64,000 nucleotides of DNA from Azolla caroliniana (Eukaryota > Plantae > Polypodiophyta), in contig JBHGNT010000014.1 in the NCBI GenBank assembly GCA_043228905.1, positions 18,290,001-18,354,000 of the forward strand, written 5' to 3'. The notes beneath the pieces are model-generated. The model made no database searches, was not told where the DNA came from, and saw nothing but the letters and a program-made list of their open reading frames with translations. Position 1 is the stretch's first letter, and every line of letters starts with the position of its first letter. Positions 25,132-39,267 of the stretch are shown in pieces. The position numbers were made by a program, and so were the translations under genes.

Positions 25132-28100
25132 TTTTTCGGGGTGAAAACACAGAAGTATATTAATAAATGTGTGTGAAAAACACTACTTACAATGGGTGTG
25201 ACAATGGAGTATGATCACCCACTAACTACACTACATTACATGGGTAATGGAACATGTTGAATTGCCAATAGGTAAGACAAACACTCCACTGAGGAAAGAA
25301 TTTCGACTTGCTCCAATAATGAAAATTGTCACATTAATACTACTACTCCCTTCAACTTTCGTAGATATGCCTTCCCTCCATGTCTACCATCGAATACAAA
25401 AGCGTTACGCATGTTCCAATTATGACGCAATCCTAATATATCTCAGAAATAGGAAAACGATCTCTATCTCTGATTTTGGGTCAACCTGTGTAAATTGTGC
25501 AACCACCCACTGTCTAAGTGTCAAATAACACTGTGATAAAACTTGCCAAATTTGCAAAATGTAACTCCAAATTTGGCAAGCAATCGAACATTGTATAAAT
25601 CGATGAATATTATCTTCCATTTGAACAATGCAAAAGAAGCAATTACCCGTTGCTAGTCCACGACGATGTAGAGCTAATCCCAAAGGCAATCCTCCAATCA
25701 AAACTCTCCAAATGAAGACCTTTGCTACAAGTGGCAATTTAGAATGCCAACTACGTTGTAAGATCTGCCACCACTCATGATCATATTTGTGTATTTTCCA
25801 TTCTTCTTTAGCGTTAGATGATAGTCATCCAAGAGGCTCAACAGAGCAATCATACAGAGCAATCATACAAATGATAGTAACAACGACGTTTGACCCTGTA
25901 AACACCAATCAATCCACAGTTGTTCTCTTGTTTGTAGAGGTAAGCATCAATGCAATATTTTGTAGTTGTTGCCAAATAAACCCATAATTAGGCAGGATGT
26001 GTAATAATTGTCGCGCTTCAACAAACTCCAAAATTCTTTGAGATGGAGCCTCAACTATATCTCCCACCTCTTTGACCCCCAAACGAAACAAACAATTAAA
26101 TTGAGAGAGAAATCCCTCCTTTCCTAACCAACATAATAACCGAGAAGACACAAGCAACTCTTTTTGCAAAGAATTACAATGCTCTCTACTAGATGATGGT
26201 TTCCATACACATGACAAAGAGTGCTTCTTGCCATGAAATACATCCATTCAGTAATTTCCACCATGAAGCCTTAATCGTTGTCCCCCCATGGGTTAAACCC
26301 TTGTTCTCAATGAAATATTGAACAATAGATATCCATGGTTGTGAGTTTGTACACATGTCTTGCAATAATGAAAATCTATGAGCCATCATGTGCACAGATA
26401 AGTTCAATATTCCAGCTTCCCCCCCCCCCCCCCCCCCAAGCGCTTAGGGGTTGTTAGATGATCCCACACAACCCAAGTGATTCCCATCTTATCCCCCGTC
26501 TTCCACAACAAATATCAAAGAGGTTGTAAAACATAATGCAAAGCCTTCTTTGTCCATGGCAACAATGGCAAGTAATGTAATATCATGGGTTCCATAATAC
26601 ATTGTATAACCTTCAACCGTACATGAAATGCCCAAGATTGTGACTTCCAATACATGAACTTATCCCTCAACTTACTAGACATCTATTCAATCAATTGACC
26701 ATTTGTAACATTCATTCCTAATGGATAGCCCAAGTGTCGAAAAATAGAGCCTTTCTTCACCACAGAGTCTTGCCATCCTAAACATTCCAAATCCCTTTCA
26801 GTACATGATATGAGACTAGACTTCCTCCAATTAATATGTAATCCGGAAGCCAATGCAATTTGGTTCCATACAGGCATCCCCTTCTCAAGATTCTCTTGCA
26901 AGGCTTATAGAAACATGAAAGAATCATCTGCCAAAGCTTGTGCAACTAGTTGCCCTCCAAATGGAAGGTGTAGACCCACAACGTCACCATTCATTGCAAG
27001 CCTTGATAGCATCACTAATAAGGGATGAGTAACAATAGCAAACAACAATGGGCTAAGAGGGCATCCTTAACGAATGGATCTTGTGAGGGCAATATCTGAT
27101 GTAACTCCCCCATTAAGCATTACTCGAGACACTGCATCTTGTCCTAATAAAAATATGCGGCGAGACATACAAGGTCCAAAGCCCATTGTATGCATTAACC
27201 CAGAAACAAAAGACCAATTAACATGATCATAAGCTTTCTCCAAATCTAATTGCACCATAATCAATTCTTGATGTAATCCATGGCCATTTGAACATTCAAC
27301 ACATTATGCAATATATTCGTACTTGCAATAAAACCATATTGGGCAGGATGTATCAACTTTGGCAAATACTTTTGTAATGTATTTGCCAAGACCTTTGTAA
27401 ATATCTTATACAACCCCCCCATCAAAGAAATAGGTCTCCATTGATGAAATGACTCGGGAGATGCCACATTTGGAACTAATTTAATTAGACCAACCTTCCA
27501 AGCTTGAGGAATACAACCAGAATCCCAAGAATGTTGAAACATCAAAGTTAATGGCTCTTACCACTAGGAAGATGCCTTAAAACTGTGTCCACCTCATCCT
27601 CAATGAAATATGCATCCAATTCATGACTAATGAGGTCATGCACAATACATCCAACCACATCATAAAACTCATGGCTTGCTCTACTCACCTCATTTGTCAT
27701 TAACAATTGTGGGCCAATCAACTCCTTAAAGTAATGAACACATATGTCAATTATTGTAGTAGGATCCACTATCAATTCACCCCCTTGCTTCACATGTACC
27801 ACAATAGATCAAGCATAAGTAGGATGTAACACTTGGAAACACAAATGAGATTGACATTGCTTATCTATGAGCCCATCCCTCAATTGACGCATCTTCGTGA
27901 AATGATAACTTTGGCATTGCAACTGAGAAATAATAACTTGCAATTGACTTTGGATATCCAAAAGCTCCTCATCTAATGGTGCATGTATCAATAATGCATT
28001 AAACTTGGAGAGAACTTGTGAGAATTGTCGAAGAGGACCTCTTCTTCGTTGAGCATTAATTACTCCATACATACGATGAATGATCTTAATGTTTCATAAC
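25132..28100 (-). mobile_element. Degenerate L1/Tx1-like LINE (RT and zf-RVT), 5'-truncated
   Basis: Fragmented ORFs with WRPISLMGGLYKI, QLDLEKAYDHVNWSF, GCPL, ALADDS, GLHINWRKS, FRHLGYPLG and KVFIWRVLIGGLPLG...CFFC..HRFIQC. Many stops; short A tail near 25131-25136. Confidence 0.92.
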
Positions 28101-28147
28101 GTGATGTAATGTTTCTCTCTCTCTCTCTCTCTCTCTCTTTTTATCGT

Positions 28148-28332
28148 AATTAGCTTACCCTAGTGGTAAGTCGATAACACTACAAGCACCGTGTCTTGGG
28201 TTCGAAACCCAATTTCCTCACCTCTCTATTATATACTTCATATCTCTATTTCACTAGATGCCACTGTGAAATGTAGGGGTTGAACCCATGACCACCTGGT
28301 CTCCATTGGGCAACCTTACCAACTGAGCTACA
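28148..28332. repeat. Dispersed repeat with two convergent tRNA-derived (A/B box) heads, copy 1, flanked by (CT)n
   Basis: Plus: ...CCCTAGTGGTAAG...GGGTTCGAAACCC (28158-28210). Minus: TAGCTCAGTTGGTAAG...GGGTTCAACCCC (28330-28276). A homologous copy lies at about 57841-58095. Confidence 0.75.
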
Positions 28333-28355
28333 TCTCTCTCTCTCTCTCTCTCTCT

Positions 28356-29486
28356 GGTAAAAGCACACAATTATATTAATTGTATGTAAAATCCACTTAG
28401 TTACAACACTTCTTAGTCTCCTCTACCTGTCATATGCCCATGTAAGGAAAGGGACGTTCTGTAACATGCTTTTAAAAAACCTGAATATGCATTTGAGGAA
28501 ATGGGGATCCAAAAATTCTACATGGGAATACCTTTCAACTTCTTTATATAGGCTTTCACCCCATGTCTATTATCAAACATGAAAGCATTACGCATATTCC
28601 AATTGTGTTGTAGACCCCAATAACGTAAAAATTGGAACAATATCTCCATCCCATCATTTAAACCATTTTGAACATATTGAGAAAAAAACCCATTGTTGAG
28701 GTCTCAAACAACAACGGCTTAAAACTTGCCAAATGTCCGATAAGTACTTCCAAATGGTACACGCTATACGACATTTAATAAACCTATGTGTACTATCCTC
28801 CAATGGAACGATGCAAAAGAAACAAGTGTCCGACCCTAATCCTCGTCTCTTTAAGGCCGAACCTAATGGGAGCCCACCAATCATGACTCTCCATATGAAT
28901 ACCTTTGCACGAAATGGTAGATGGGAATGCCAACCACGTTGTAATATTTTCCACCACCTTGCATCTTAGTTACATACATTCCACAACTTCGTTGCTTTAG
29001 GAGATAGCCAAGATAATGATGCCATCCCATGATGATACAATATATTTGTAGTGACTTGTAACAAGCGTGTACCATCTGCAAAATTTGTTCCCAAACTTGC
29101 ATACTCCTTTCAATATTTTCTTTTTGAGGCTTGTAAAAACATAAAAGAATCATCAGCCAATGCTTGTGCCACCAATTGTCCACCAGAAGGAAGATGCAAA
29201 CCCACAATATCACCCTTAGCCGCAAGATTTGACAACATGACTAACAGAGGATGTGTAACAATTGCAAATAACAATGGGTTTAGTGGACATCCTTGCCGCA
29301 CGGATCTAGTAAGAAACACTTTCAGAGTAACTCCACCATTAAGCATCACACGCGAGGTCGCATTTTGCCCTAGCAAAAAGATAAGTCGACACATACGAGG
29401 ACCAAACCCCATATTATACATCACACCTGAGAGGAAAGACCAATTAACATGATCATATGTTTTTTCCAAATCTAATTGCACCATAA

Positions 29487-29489
<3 letters not shown>
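28356..29489 (-). mobile_element. Second copy of the same LINE family, 5'-truncated and internally deleted, bounded by (CT)n at both ends
   Basis: MVMVQLDLEKTYDHVNWSF...RQGCPLNPLLF...ALADDSFMFL joins almost directly to the zf-RVT region (GGLPLG...CFFC..HRFIKC). (TC)n tracts lie at 28333-28355 and 29490-29534. Confidence 0.9.
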
Positions 29490-29537
<48 letters not shown>

Positions 29538-29759
29538 TGTGCTTCTCAACCATTAGATCATGTGAGAAATATGGACAATCTATTTACATAGAAAAAGGCA
29601 TTGTTGTGCAACGCGTTGTTTTTAATTCTTTTAGAAAAATATAAGAAAAGAGAGATTCATAATCCCCCTCCCTTTTCATAAGGTGAAAAGCTCCCACCGT
29701 CAAGGAGCAGCAACACAACAGATGGAGGCCGAGTTGCCCTCCTCCTCGATTGCCAAGTA

Positions 29760-30130
29760 TGGCTCCTCAATTAGGGTTTAGGGTTAGGAACAAAACACGC
29801 GCACATACACATGCATATGCACAAAAAATTACATTCATGCATACTCACACACATATTCACAATTAGTAGTAGAGTTAGTATTAGGGTTTATCGTATACAC
29901 ACACAAAAATATATAACAATCACAATCACATGAACAAACACAAACTAGCAATCACATACATATACACATACACATACACAAATTCACAATCACATATACA
30001 TATACACAAATTCACAATCGCATACTCATACCCAAATTAACAATCACAATCACATGCACATCCATATACACATACACATACACAAACTAGCAATCATGTG
30101 CACATACACATACACATCCACTAAGACATG
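29760..30130. repeat. (CA)/CACAAT-rich low-complexity tract with telomere-like TTAGGGTTTAGGG motifs
   Basis: TTAGGGTTTAGGGTTAGG at 29771-29788 and TTAGGGTTT at 29881, followed by repeated CACATACA/CACAATCACA units. Confidence 0.7.
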
Positions 30131-33100
30131 AATGCTCATTGTTACACCAACACAAGACACACTTCTAGAGCTAGCAAATCTATTTGTATTTGATTTTTTC
30201 ATTCTTATCTATGTCATCTATATATTTTTTCAATAAAATCTCCTCGTTGTATGTATTTCATTGTTGTGTATCGATATTATCAATCTTACTAGGAAGGAAT
30301 AATAGACTTAAACCTCTAGGTTATGCATGATTAATAGTCCTAAGCACCTAATTATTCTTGTTCTATATTTAAAGTTGAACTCCGATGACTGATTAGGGGA
30401 GGTGGATAGTTGAGGATTCTCTAGAACCATGGACCTTATTGTTTTTCCATTGAACTTATCACAATCTAGAACAATATGATTCATTGGTATCAATATCATT
30501 ACATATAGAATCACAAAGTCTCAAATCTGCATGTGCTTCCAAATTGATACTAGCTACATTAGTCGTAGACGATCAAGACCCAAGTGCATTTGCTTTCAAC
30601 TTGTCAAAAGTAGACTCTTGTGGACAAGGTGTTATATAGAAGCATTGAGATAGAGTATTTATTTTAATGGTTGCATGTTGGGTGATCCATGATCACAAAG
30701 TCGAAGTGTATCAAAAACTACGCCTAACATGTTGGTTTGCACCAACCTAGGAGGAGGGCCTTCCAAGAGGTGGCACTACTTCTCAAAAGAATCCACATTG
30801 GCCACATGCTCATTGTCATGAATTTCATAATTGATTTTTGCGCCTTCAAGTTTGCGTAAATGGAAAGCATTTAGGGTCTCCAATTGTGGAAGGACTTTTT
30901 GAAGTGCAAATTGGTCACAAAGCTTTTATGATAAAGGGCTTAACTGCATAAACATGAACAAAATAGTGGTTGATTAAATACATGTATTAAGTTTTCAAAT
31001 GCCTCAACTACACACAAAGTCCATGCAAATGTTAGGTTCTTCCTTGTAAGTTGTGTGAGAGGCAACAATATTTTGACTAATTCTTGATAAATTTGTGGTA
31101 AAGGTCATGGGTTGAGTTCTTTGCAAGGCAAAGAATATCCATAAGTTTCTTTTTCAATTGGCTAGTGCTCATGACCCCCCTAGCATAGGCCTCATCGAGT
31201 CGAAGTTGGTTACAAGAATCATGTTGCTCTTTATTAATAAACATATAAACATACAATTCTAAACCAAATTCTCTTCAACAACCCTACATTCAAGGCACCT
31301 TGTCACAACACATGTCAACACCTTCAATTACATGCACACTATCAACTCATCTAGCTCAAGTTACCCCATATGTTGTTCACACAAAATAATTTTCCATTCG
31401 CTTGTGAAATAGAAGTCTCTCACCTCTATGTTTGTTGCTCAACTTGCAATGTTTCTTGCCAACGAAGCTTCCACGTCGTCGCTTACTTCTTGTCAAGCCC
31501 CTTCTTACAAAGTGCAAGCACTAAACCTCAAGCCTTAAGCCTCTCACAAAACTATAAGTACGAGAAAAATATGAAGAAGTAGGTGGGAGAAGAATTCCCA
31601 ACCCTTCTGAAAACAAAAACCTAAAAGTAATAAAACCTAATGGTAACAATCAAGAAGGAAGAAGAAACTCCTCTCTAAGAATCCAAGGAGAAAACCCTAA
31701 GAACACTCCTTAAAAAAATGACGAAGCCCTCTTTTTCGTATTTCCCCTTCCCCTTTCATAGTGAGAGGAAAGAGAGGCCCGCCTAACACACTATATGCCC
31801 ACCTATTCCCTTCTTATCAAGATAAATTCTTCCCATTCATGCACACGCTAGGGTTTTCCCTACACAATTAATATTCGTGACTCATAACCATTTGGTTATT
31901 TGCCTTTATTGTTTTACTTTTCTTTTGTCATAGTATGCACATATACTCCTACCCTCCTCAACTACTCGTTTTTCCTATTTTTATACCCCTTTCACACGCC
32001 ACATCACGATAACATGAATATGGACTAATAATTCGAGATGTAATAACATCATACGCCACAACTACAAGAAATATACACATTAAAAATATCTCCATAAATT
32101 AGCACAACATTCAAAGATATACAAATATACAATATAGTCTATTCAATCAACAATGACGGGGATATCAAGTTCACTAGTCATAATCGTGATTCGTAATTAC
32201 AATGCCATGAACAAAGTTCTTTCTCACTTACTTTCTAATACTCTACCGCTTAAAGAAGATCATCCCCCTCCAAGACCCATGTTTCTCATATTTATACTTA
32301 ATTGTCGTGGTTTCACATTATGTTGGCTTAATTGACATTTTGGTCTAATATGTCTTATTTGCATCGCATCCATGGGCCATATATTATAAATTTATATAAC
32401 ATGGTGGAAATTTGGCGAAGCTATCTCTTATGGTTTAAGATTCCTTCTTATTGTAATTTCAAAGAGACTCAAGATTTCAAGGTAAAATGTTTCCTAGGAT
32501 TGTAGACCATTAACATGCTCTCCATTGTTTTAATTGTGTCACCATTCTATTTCTTTATTGAATTTATGTATGAAACTTGAAATCTCTATATGCAATGTGC
32601 GTGAAAAAAACCCACAAATATTGTATACGAGTGTTGTATAAATCGATTAGCCTAAATATTTGTAATCTTAGTAACATGTAATTTCATTAAGTGGAGTAAT
32701 GGAAGTTAGAATCTAGACTTGCCTTCATATGGGAACTTGAGAGGGAGACATCAAAATTGTTAAGAGCCTCACAATAGTTAAAAGGTTGCAAGTTTGGAGC
32801 TCCTTGCATGATAGTTGGAAAATCATTCAACTGAAACTAATTTTTACGAATATTTTTTTATCTTATATCCAACATGTATGTGACATGGGAGAACACTGAC
32901 CTATCTTTTTCACCCTCGCACATGCAATCCATGTGAAAGAATTTTTAGTTTCCATTATCTTCATAGAATTTAATAAGCTCTCTACATTACTACGTTGCAT
33001 GTTAGATTGTCAACAACTCAACAAACTAGTAGTTAACCAAGTACTAGGATCAACAATGAAGGTAAATAAGGTTTCAAATAAAAAAGATGCACTACTTGTG

Positions 33101-33384
33101 TTGTTGAGACTTTTTATGCATTTCAATATTATACCAATAAGTAGATTGTTATGCTTTTCTCTTCATCCTTGACATTGTTTGTCTTCTTCAATTAATGTTT
33201 TACGGGTGACCAGAAACCGGCATTTTCAAAACATACACATGCCCTTCGAATATCGGCACATGTGAAGTTCATCTAAAGCATGAATCCGATGGCTTTCATC
33301 AACATTATCATGAATTTTAAAACCATATTGATGAAAAATCAGACAACATATTCATGCATTAAGAGTGATCATAGTTGTCCTTCA

Positions 33385-33554
33385 AGAGTTCTTCACATGC
33401 CTCTTTGATATTTGAAGGGATTCCAAATTGATATGTATGTCCATAGCTATATGCATAGCTTTAAGAGAGAGAGTTCTTCACATGCCTCTTTGATATTTGA
33501 AGGGATTCCAAATTGATATGTATGCCCATAGCTATATGCATAGCTTTAAGAGAG
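33385..33554. repeat. Near-perfect 85-bp tandem duplication
   Basis: GAGTTCTTCACATGCCTCTTTGATATTTGAAGGGATTCC...TAGCTTTAAGAGAG starts at 33386 and again at 33471. Confidence 0.9.
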
Positions 33555-33764
33555 CCTTAAGAAGACGATGCTATTGTGTTTTATTGTATCGTAGGAGGAA
33601 TATATGTAAAGCCATGTTTTTAGGACAAGTTTTTAGTGTTGATGGTCTAAGTAAAATAAATTGTATCTTCTTAAACAACAAATTCACTTACAGATTGCTT
33701 AATACTTGAACATGTCACTTTCAACCGTCATGCCCGTCACTTGATACTTGCGTGAAACTATAAC

Positions 33765-33797
33765 TTTCGGTGACATAACACGTGCACCAACACTAGT
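33765..33797 (+). mobile_element. Possible Helitron 3' terminus (decayed)
   Basis: GGTGACATAACACGTGCACCAACACTAG|T resembles a Helitron subterminal hairpin followed by CTAG|T. The hairpin is imperfect and no 5' end could be defined. Confidence 0.3.
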
Positions 33798-36700
33798 ATT
33801 TCCAGATATAGTTTAAACGCAAGCCAACGAATCTACAATAAATAATGTGGTCGAATAAATGGATAGGGATATATGGAGGCTCATGTAATTGTCGTTACTA
33901 ATATATATTATCATGAACCAACTATAGGTCCATTAGAATTTTCTTTGATATTTTGATTCTTTATGAATAGTATGTGTGCCTTGACATAAACAATATTTTT
34001 TTGATTCCAATGATGGTAGAACATTTTTACATGGAGTTTGTTGAGAGACACGTTCAATTGCAAGTTGTCCATGTTGTTATGTATCTTATGTGATAGATAC
34101 AAAAAATTCTTTTGCATTGTGATTTCATACGTAATGTCTTGATATCATAATATTGTAAAGACATGACATAGTTATACTTTGGCAATATGTAATGTATAAT
34201 AAATATGTTTGGCATCGATTAAAGGAAATTAAATACATTTTTTTTAGTGTTGTCTTCTATAAGAGAATGTTATATTTTGTTTTGGCAATGCATATAATTA
34301 TTGGTGGGGAACCTCAATGTGACTTAAGACACCCTCAAGAACAATAACATACATAATTTGGGTGCTCTGAAGCACTCATGATAAAATTGGAACACATATA
34401 AAGGGATTTCTACAAATGGGAGACATACAACTATTTCCAACCATTTGATTGTGAATAATGAATGAATTTGTAAAGCCATTTTTCTGGGGCAAAGTGCTAG
34501 TGAAATGTACGTTTACATGAGCTCAAACGAGAAAAGTGAATGTTCATCGAGTTAATTCGAGGAGCCTTCTTACGAATGTGCTAGAGTATTGCATGTACAT
34601 GCTCTCAAACTTAAAAAACATGAATGTATAAATATGAAGTCTGTTTTTCTATTGTAATTCATTCATCAAATGACATATAAATTGGTTAACAAGCTCAAGG
34701 CTTCTTATATGTTTCATGGCTTGAGAAGGAAAACAAATGCATCTTCACGAGGAAGGGGATCTAATCTTCAATACAACAAGGTAAGTCACGTGCCATAAAA
34801 AAATGGCATAATTATATAGGAGGAATAGTGGGATGAAGCTCGATAGTCATGATTGTTGCATGGGGAACTCGAGAAGTTATTGATGGGTCTCAATAGTTGT
34901 GCCAATGTATGCATCCATGCATATAGCGATGTATGGGTAAATTTCAAGAACCAAATGTCTAGTTGCCGGATTTGTTTCATGTGAAATTTATTTATTTACA
35001 TATGGCCCGCATATGGTGGAGGATACGCCTATGAAAAGGGTTACATTGAAGCATTGAGCAATTAGTCACAATGATTTATATGCTCCCCCATCTGTGTAGT
35101 CAATAAGAATGGCATCAAGCTTCAAAATGATGTTCCTAATGTGGATAGCTCTTCCTTTGCCCAAGCTTTTGTTTGTTGCAATATTCCTACTAGATCTAAT
35201 CAACCTTATCATTCGCAACTTTTTGTAGGATACTAGTCACCATCATGACATGATGTCCCATCATTAACTATACATTTTGTCTTCTAATGTCAAAATTTCA
35301 GGAGTGGAAAGGCATCATTAATGGGAAAGATAACGATGAATAAATTTTTTGAGTAAAAAATGGAGGGGGGAGCAGGAGAGAAGAAAGAATCAATAGGACC
35401 AACTACGAAAAACAACATGGGTGTGGTGTCAATGGTAGGGGTTAGAAATCAAGGCTATAGGTAAATTTACTTGTGGGACCACCATAACTTGTCCATGGAA
35501 GTGTCGTAAAGTTGGCAAACTATCCCATTTAACTTTAAATTTCGCCATTACACGTGTCATGTAAATAGAAGAAGAAGTCAATAATGTAGTTTGAATCTAA
35601 GAGCCATATCAAAAAACTGGGAGCAATATAAGGAGGAAACAATATTGGTGGCGAACAAAAGGTGATGAGGTAGGTGGTGCATGTGTAAATTGTTGTGGGG
35701 TCATCATATATATAGTTGTTGTAGTCCATGGGTCATATCTCCTTAGAGGTATAGATGTTGTACTAATGGCAAGATAACATATTCTCTACAATAGCAACAG
35801 TCTACGCAACATAATGTTAACTACTACACAAGGGTTATATCATAGGTAGAACATATGTGATTCAACTTGCAAGTTTTGAGAATCATGCGTTATTTATGTT
35901 GGCAACACATTTGGCTATAAAACTCAATTGTCAACACACTACTTAGTAGACCTTGATTGCTTTGATCATACATAACTAGCTAGTTGTGTAGCTCATGTGC
36001 TAGAATTTACAAGTCTCGAGGTAAAGGAATCAATAAACAATCTAACTTGGAGGCTTAAGGAAAGTATATGTATTTAATAAAGCTAAAAACAAATGGCAAA
36101 AAAGATGTATATTGCCAAATGGTCACACTTTCTCCACCCCACTCACCCATTTGCACGAGGACTCATTGGACATTGATACGACTCGCTAGCATCTATGCCA
36201 TAACTTAATATCCCAATTGAAATAGCTGTCGTTTAATCTTGACATACGAAAATAAGCATTGTGAGTTCTTGTTAGAAATACTCATGTAATGTAGTAGTCA
36301 AAGTTGGTAAGGCAAGTGGACTATAGTAATAGGGGATCTCTACGACTACTGTTTTGTCGAGGGTTCAATGTGAGCACACCATATCTCTACGTGATATGCA
36401 ACAATACATGTGGACACTGGCACTACAACTCCCATGATGAGCATAAACTCCTCTAGTTTCATGTCACAATTAGAGTTTGCCGGGGGTCCGATGTGAGTAT
36501 ATGTACCACATCATCTCTAAGATGTGCATCAACACACTTTGGGCACTAGCATTGGGACTCTCTCTCTCTCTCGAATACCCACTCGAATCGATGTCACATT
36601 GCATTCGAGGAAGATCCTCTCTCGATTGATACCGAATGGCGCACTCGGCAGATTTGGAGCAGAGAAAGAACAATCATCAAGGGGGGAGGGGCTTGGGGTA

Positions 36701-37696
36701 CATAAACCATGAGAAGGGAAGAGAAAAAAAAAAAGGCCCATCGAGAGAGAATAAAATAAACCATCGAGGACATACGATTTCGTGTGAAAATAAAAGTTTT
36801 TTCCCGAGAGAAGAGAAGAAGAAGGCCCTTTTCACAAAATGATGGGAAAAGATTGGCAAAGACTATATACAAGTCTACAGTCTAACTACTGCTGATTCTT
36901 TCTACATGTAGTAGTAGTAGTAGACTGTAGTTAGTGGATAGATCATAGATGTACAAAAAGAAGAAGAAAAGCTGAGATTTGATCCTTGGGCTTGGGCCCA
37001 TGAAAGTGATGTGAGTGGATATAGAAAGAATCAGCCAAGGAGACATAACATTGTTTTAAAAAAAAGGCACTAAAAAAAAAACCCCACTATATACAGTCCA
37101 CTACCACTACTACTATTTATTACTGCTATTTATCACCCAATTGTGGTACTAAGTTACTAACAATATAATTCTCATTATCTCCTTCTTTTATCTCTCTCTC
37201 TCTCTCTCTCTCTCTTTACATTGGTGTTTTTTTTTTTTTTTGGGTTTGCACTTTTTTTTTCTATCTTTTCCTTCAATTTATTTTTATTTTTATTTTTCCC
37301 AAAATTTTCCCTCCTCTCTTGTGAATAATAATATTAATTAATAATAATTAATAATTATACATACTGATACCATCAAATCTCTCTCTCTCTCTCTCTCTCT
37401 CTTATTCTTTTGATTCTCTCCATTTCCTTTCTATGGATTTCTTATTTGATTATGTACATGGAAGAAATTTGGGCACATGGATTGAAAAGCCTCTCTCTCT
37501 CTGTCTATGGCAAAGGTGTCTCTGAAATTTGAACCATTGTCAGCTTTTTTCTGATCAGTCCTTTCTTCTGTCTGCATCCATTCATTCATTCACTGAAGAG
37601 GAGAGAGAAAGTGGCCATGTCTTCTCTGCTTCCTAGGCTCAGCTAAGCTCAACACTTCTTCCAAATTTAGACCATTTTCTTTTGTCACTTACCAGA

Positions 37697-37731
<35 letters not shown>

Positions 37732-39267
37732 GTATATATACATAATATAAAAAAATATATAAATTATGTATATATACAGTATATATATATATAAATTATG
37801 TGTATATTAATATATATATATATATTTATGTTTAGTCTTTTTCTAAGCCTCATTTCTCCTCATTGGGTTCATGATTAATCAATCCTCTGTTTAATAATTG
37901 ATTTCTTCAGTTTAGAGAATGGAAAAAGAAGCTCTTCCTTTTCTTTGCCATTTTAGCTCACCTGCTGTTGTTGGGTTCTTCTAGAAACAGAGCATCCAGA
38001 GATAATCTTCTTCTTTTACACCGTTTTCTTCATGGGTTTCTTCATAAATCCTCAGATTGCTGCTTCAATGTAGAGGAAAAAAAGCCATTGTTTCTTTGCC
38101 CATCTGAGGTCAGTGCTTTTTGGATTCCTGTAGGAATTAGAGATCATCGTTCTTCTGAGTCGGTTGTTTTGTTTTGATGAGAATGTGCATCATGTACGAT
38201 AGAGAAGCTTGAAGAGTAGAGTGCTTCATCGCTAAGAGTTTGGAACTGATCTAATGACTCCACGGGATCATACCACAATTGCATCCACAGGGAACAGAGA
38301 AATGCAGGATATGGCGTGAAAATTAGGAGAGAGAGAGAGAGAGAGACAGGTCGGACCATTGAGAGGAAATGGAATGACAGGTTATTGATCCAGAAAAGGA
38401 GAAAAGAAGAAGAAGTAGGGATTGCGCCTTTCAGAGACAGAGGAGAATGCAGTATATATAGAGAGTGTGAAGCCTTCTCGAACCTGAAAAAAAGAAGAAG
38501 CCAGAGATAAGTAAGAGAGGGTGAGAGCAGGATTGTTAGAGAGGATTGAATTTTTTTTATTTTTTTTGAAGAAACGGAGGGATTTGGATCATTCAGAAAC
38601 AGGAGGAATGTGGGATATGGAGTGACAGCTCCTTGGGCAACAGAGAGCGAGTGAAAGAGTGAGAGAGAAAGGTAGCTCTGCCCACATAAAGAGAACCCAT
38701 TTTAGGAAAAGATGCCAAGAAAGGGGTTTCTTTTCTTTTCTTTTTTGTTTTTTCTTTTCCTTATGTGGCACAGTTTGGGTGGGTTGTCTGTTTGATCTCT
38801 ATAATGCTGAGACACACAGACATGCCATTTGGATGACCTTGCACGGATAACACCTACATTATTCCCAACATAAGAAAAGAAAAGAATAAACCCCACCCAA
38901 AACACATGCTCTTTGCCATTCTAACTTAAAACTTTCTTTAAAAAAAAGAATTTAAAAATAAAGATTATTTTTGTTAAAAGAGAAGAGAATTCCACAGAGA
39001 TTTAATGCATTAACTGGGTCTATTTTCCTATCACGGTTTTCTCTTTGAATCTTTGATTGTTTTTATTGTGATATGAGTATTTTTCTGTATCATTTCTGTG
39101 AATAATTCATAGATCAATGGTATCAATTAGTGGTTCAAATTGATTCTGGGCGTTCTTATGCGATGCTAATACATCAATAGAAGGCACCACTGATTATTCA
39201 TAAGATGAACTCTAGTATTCCCCTTCAACTAACCTCTCTCTGGTAGTGTTTCAGACATCATTGAGCT

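Noticed and set aside
28270-28332. Functional tRNA genes here and at 49412-49478
   Set aside because: A and B boxes are present but the acceptor and anticodon stems do not pair into a cloverleaf.
38350-38362. TCGGACCA, the start of miR166
   Set aside because: Only 8 nt match and there is no hairpin partner.
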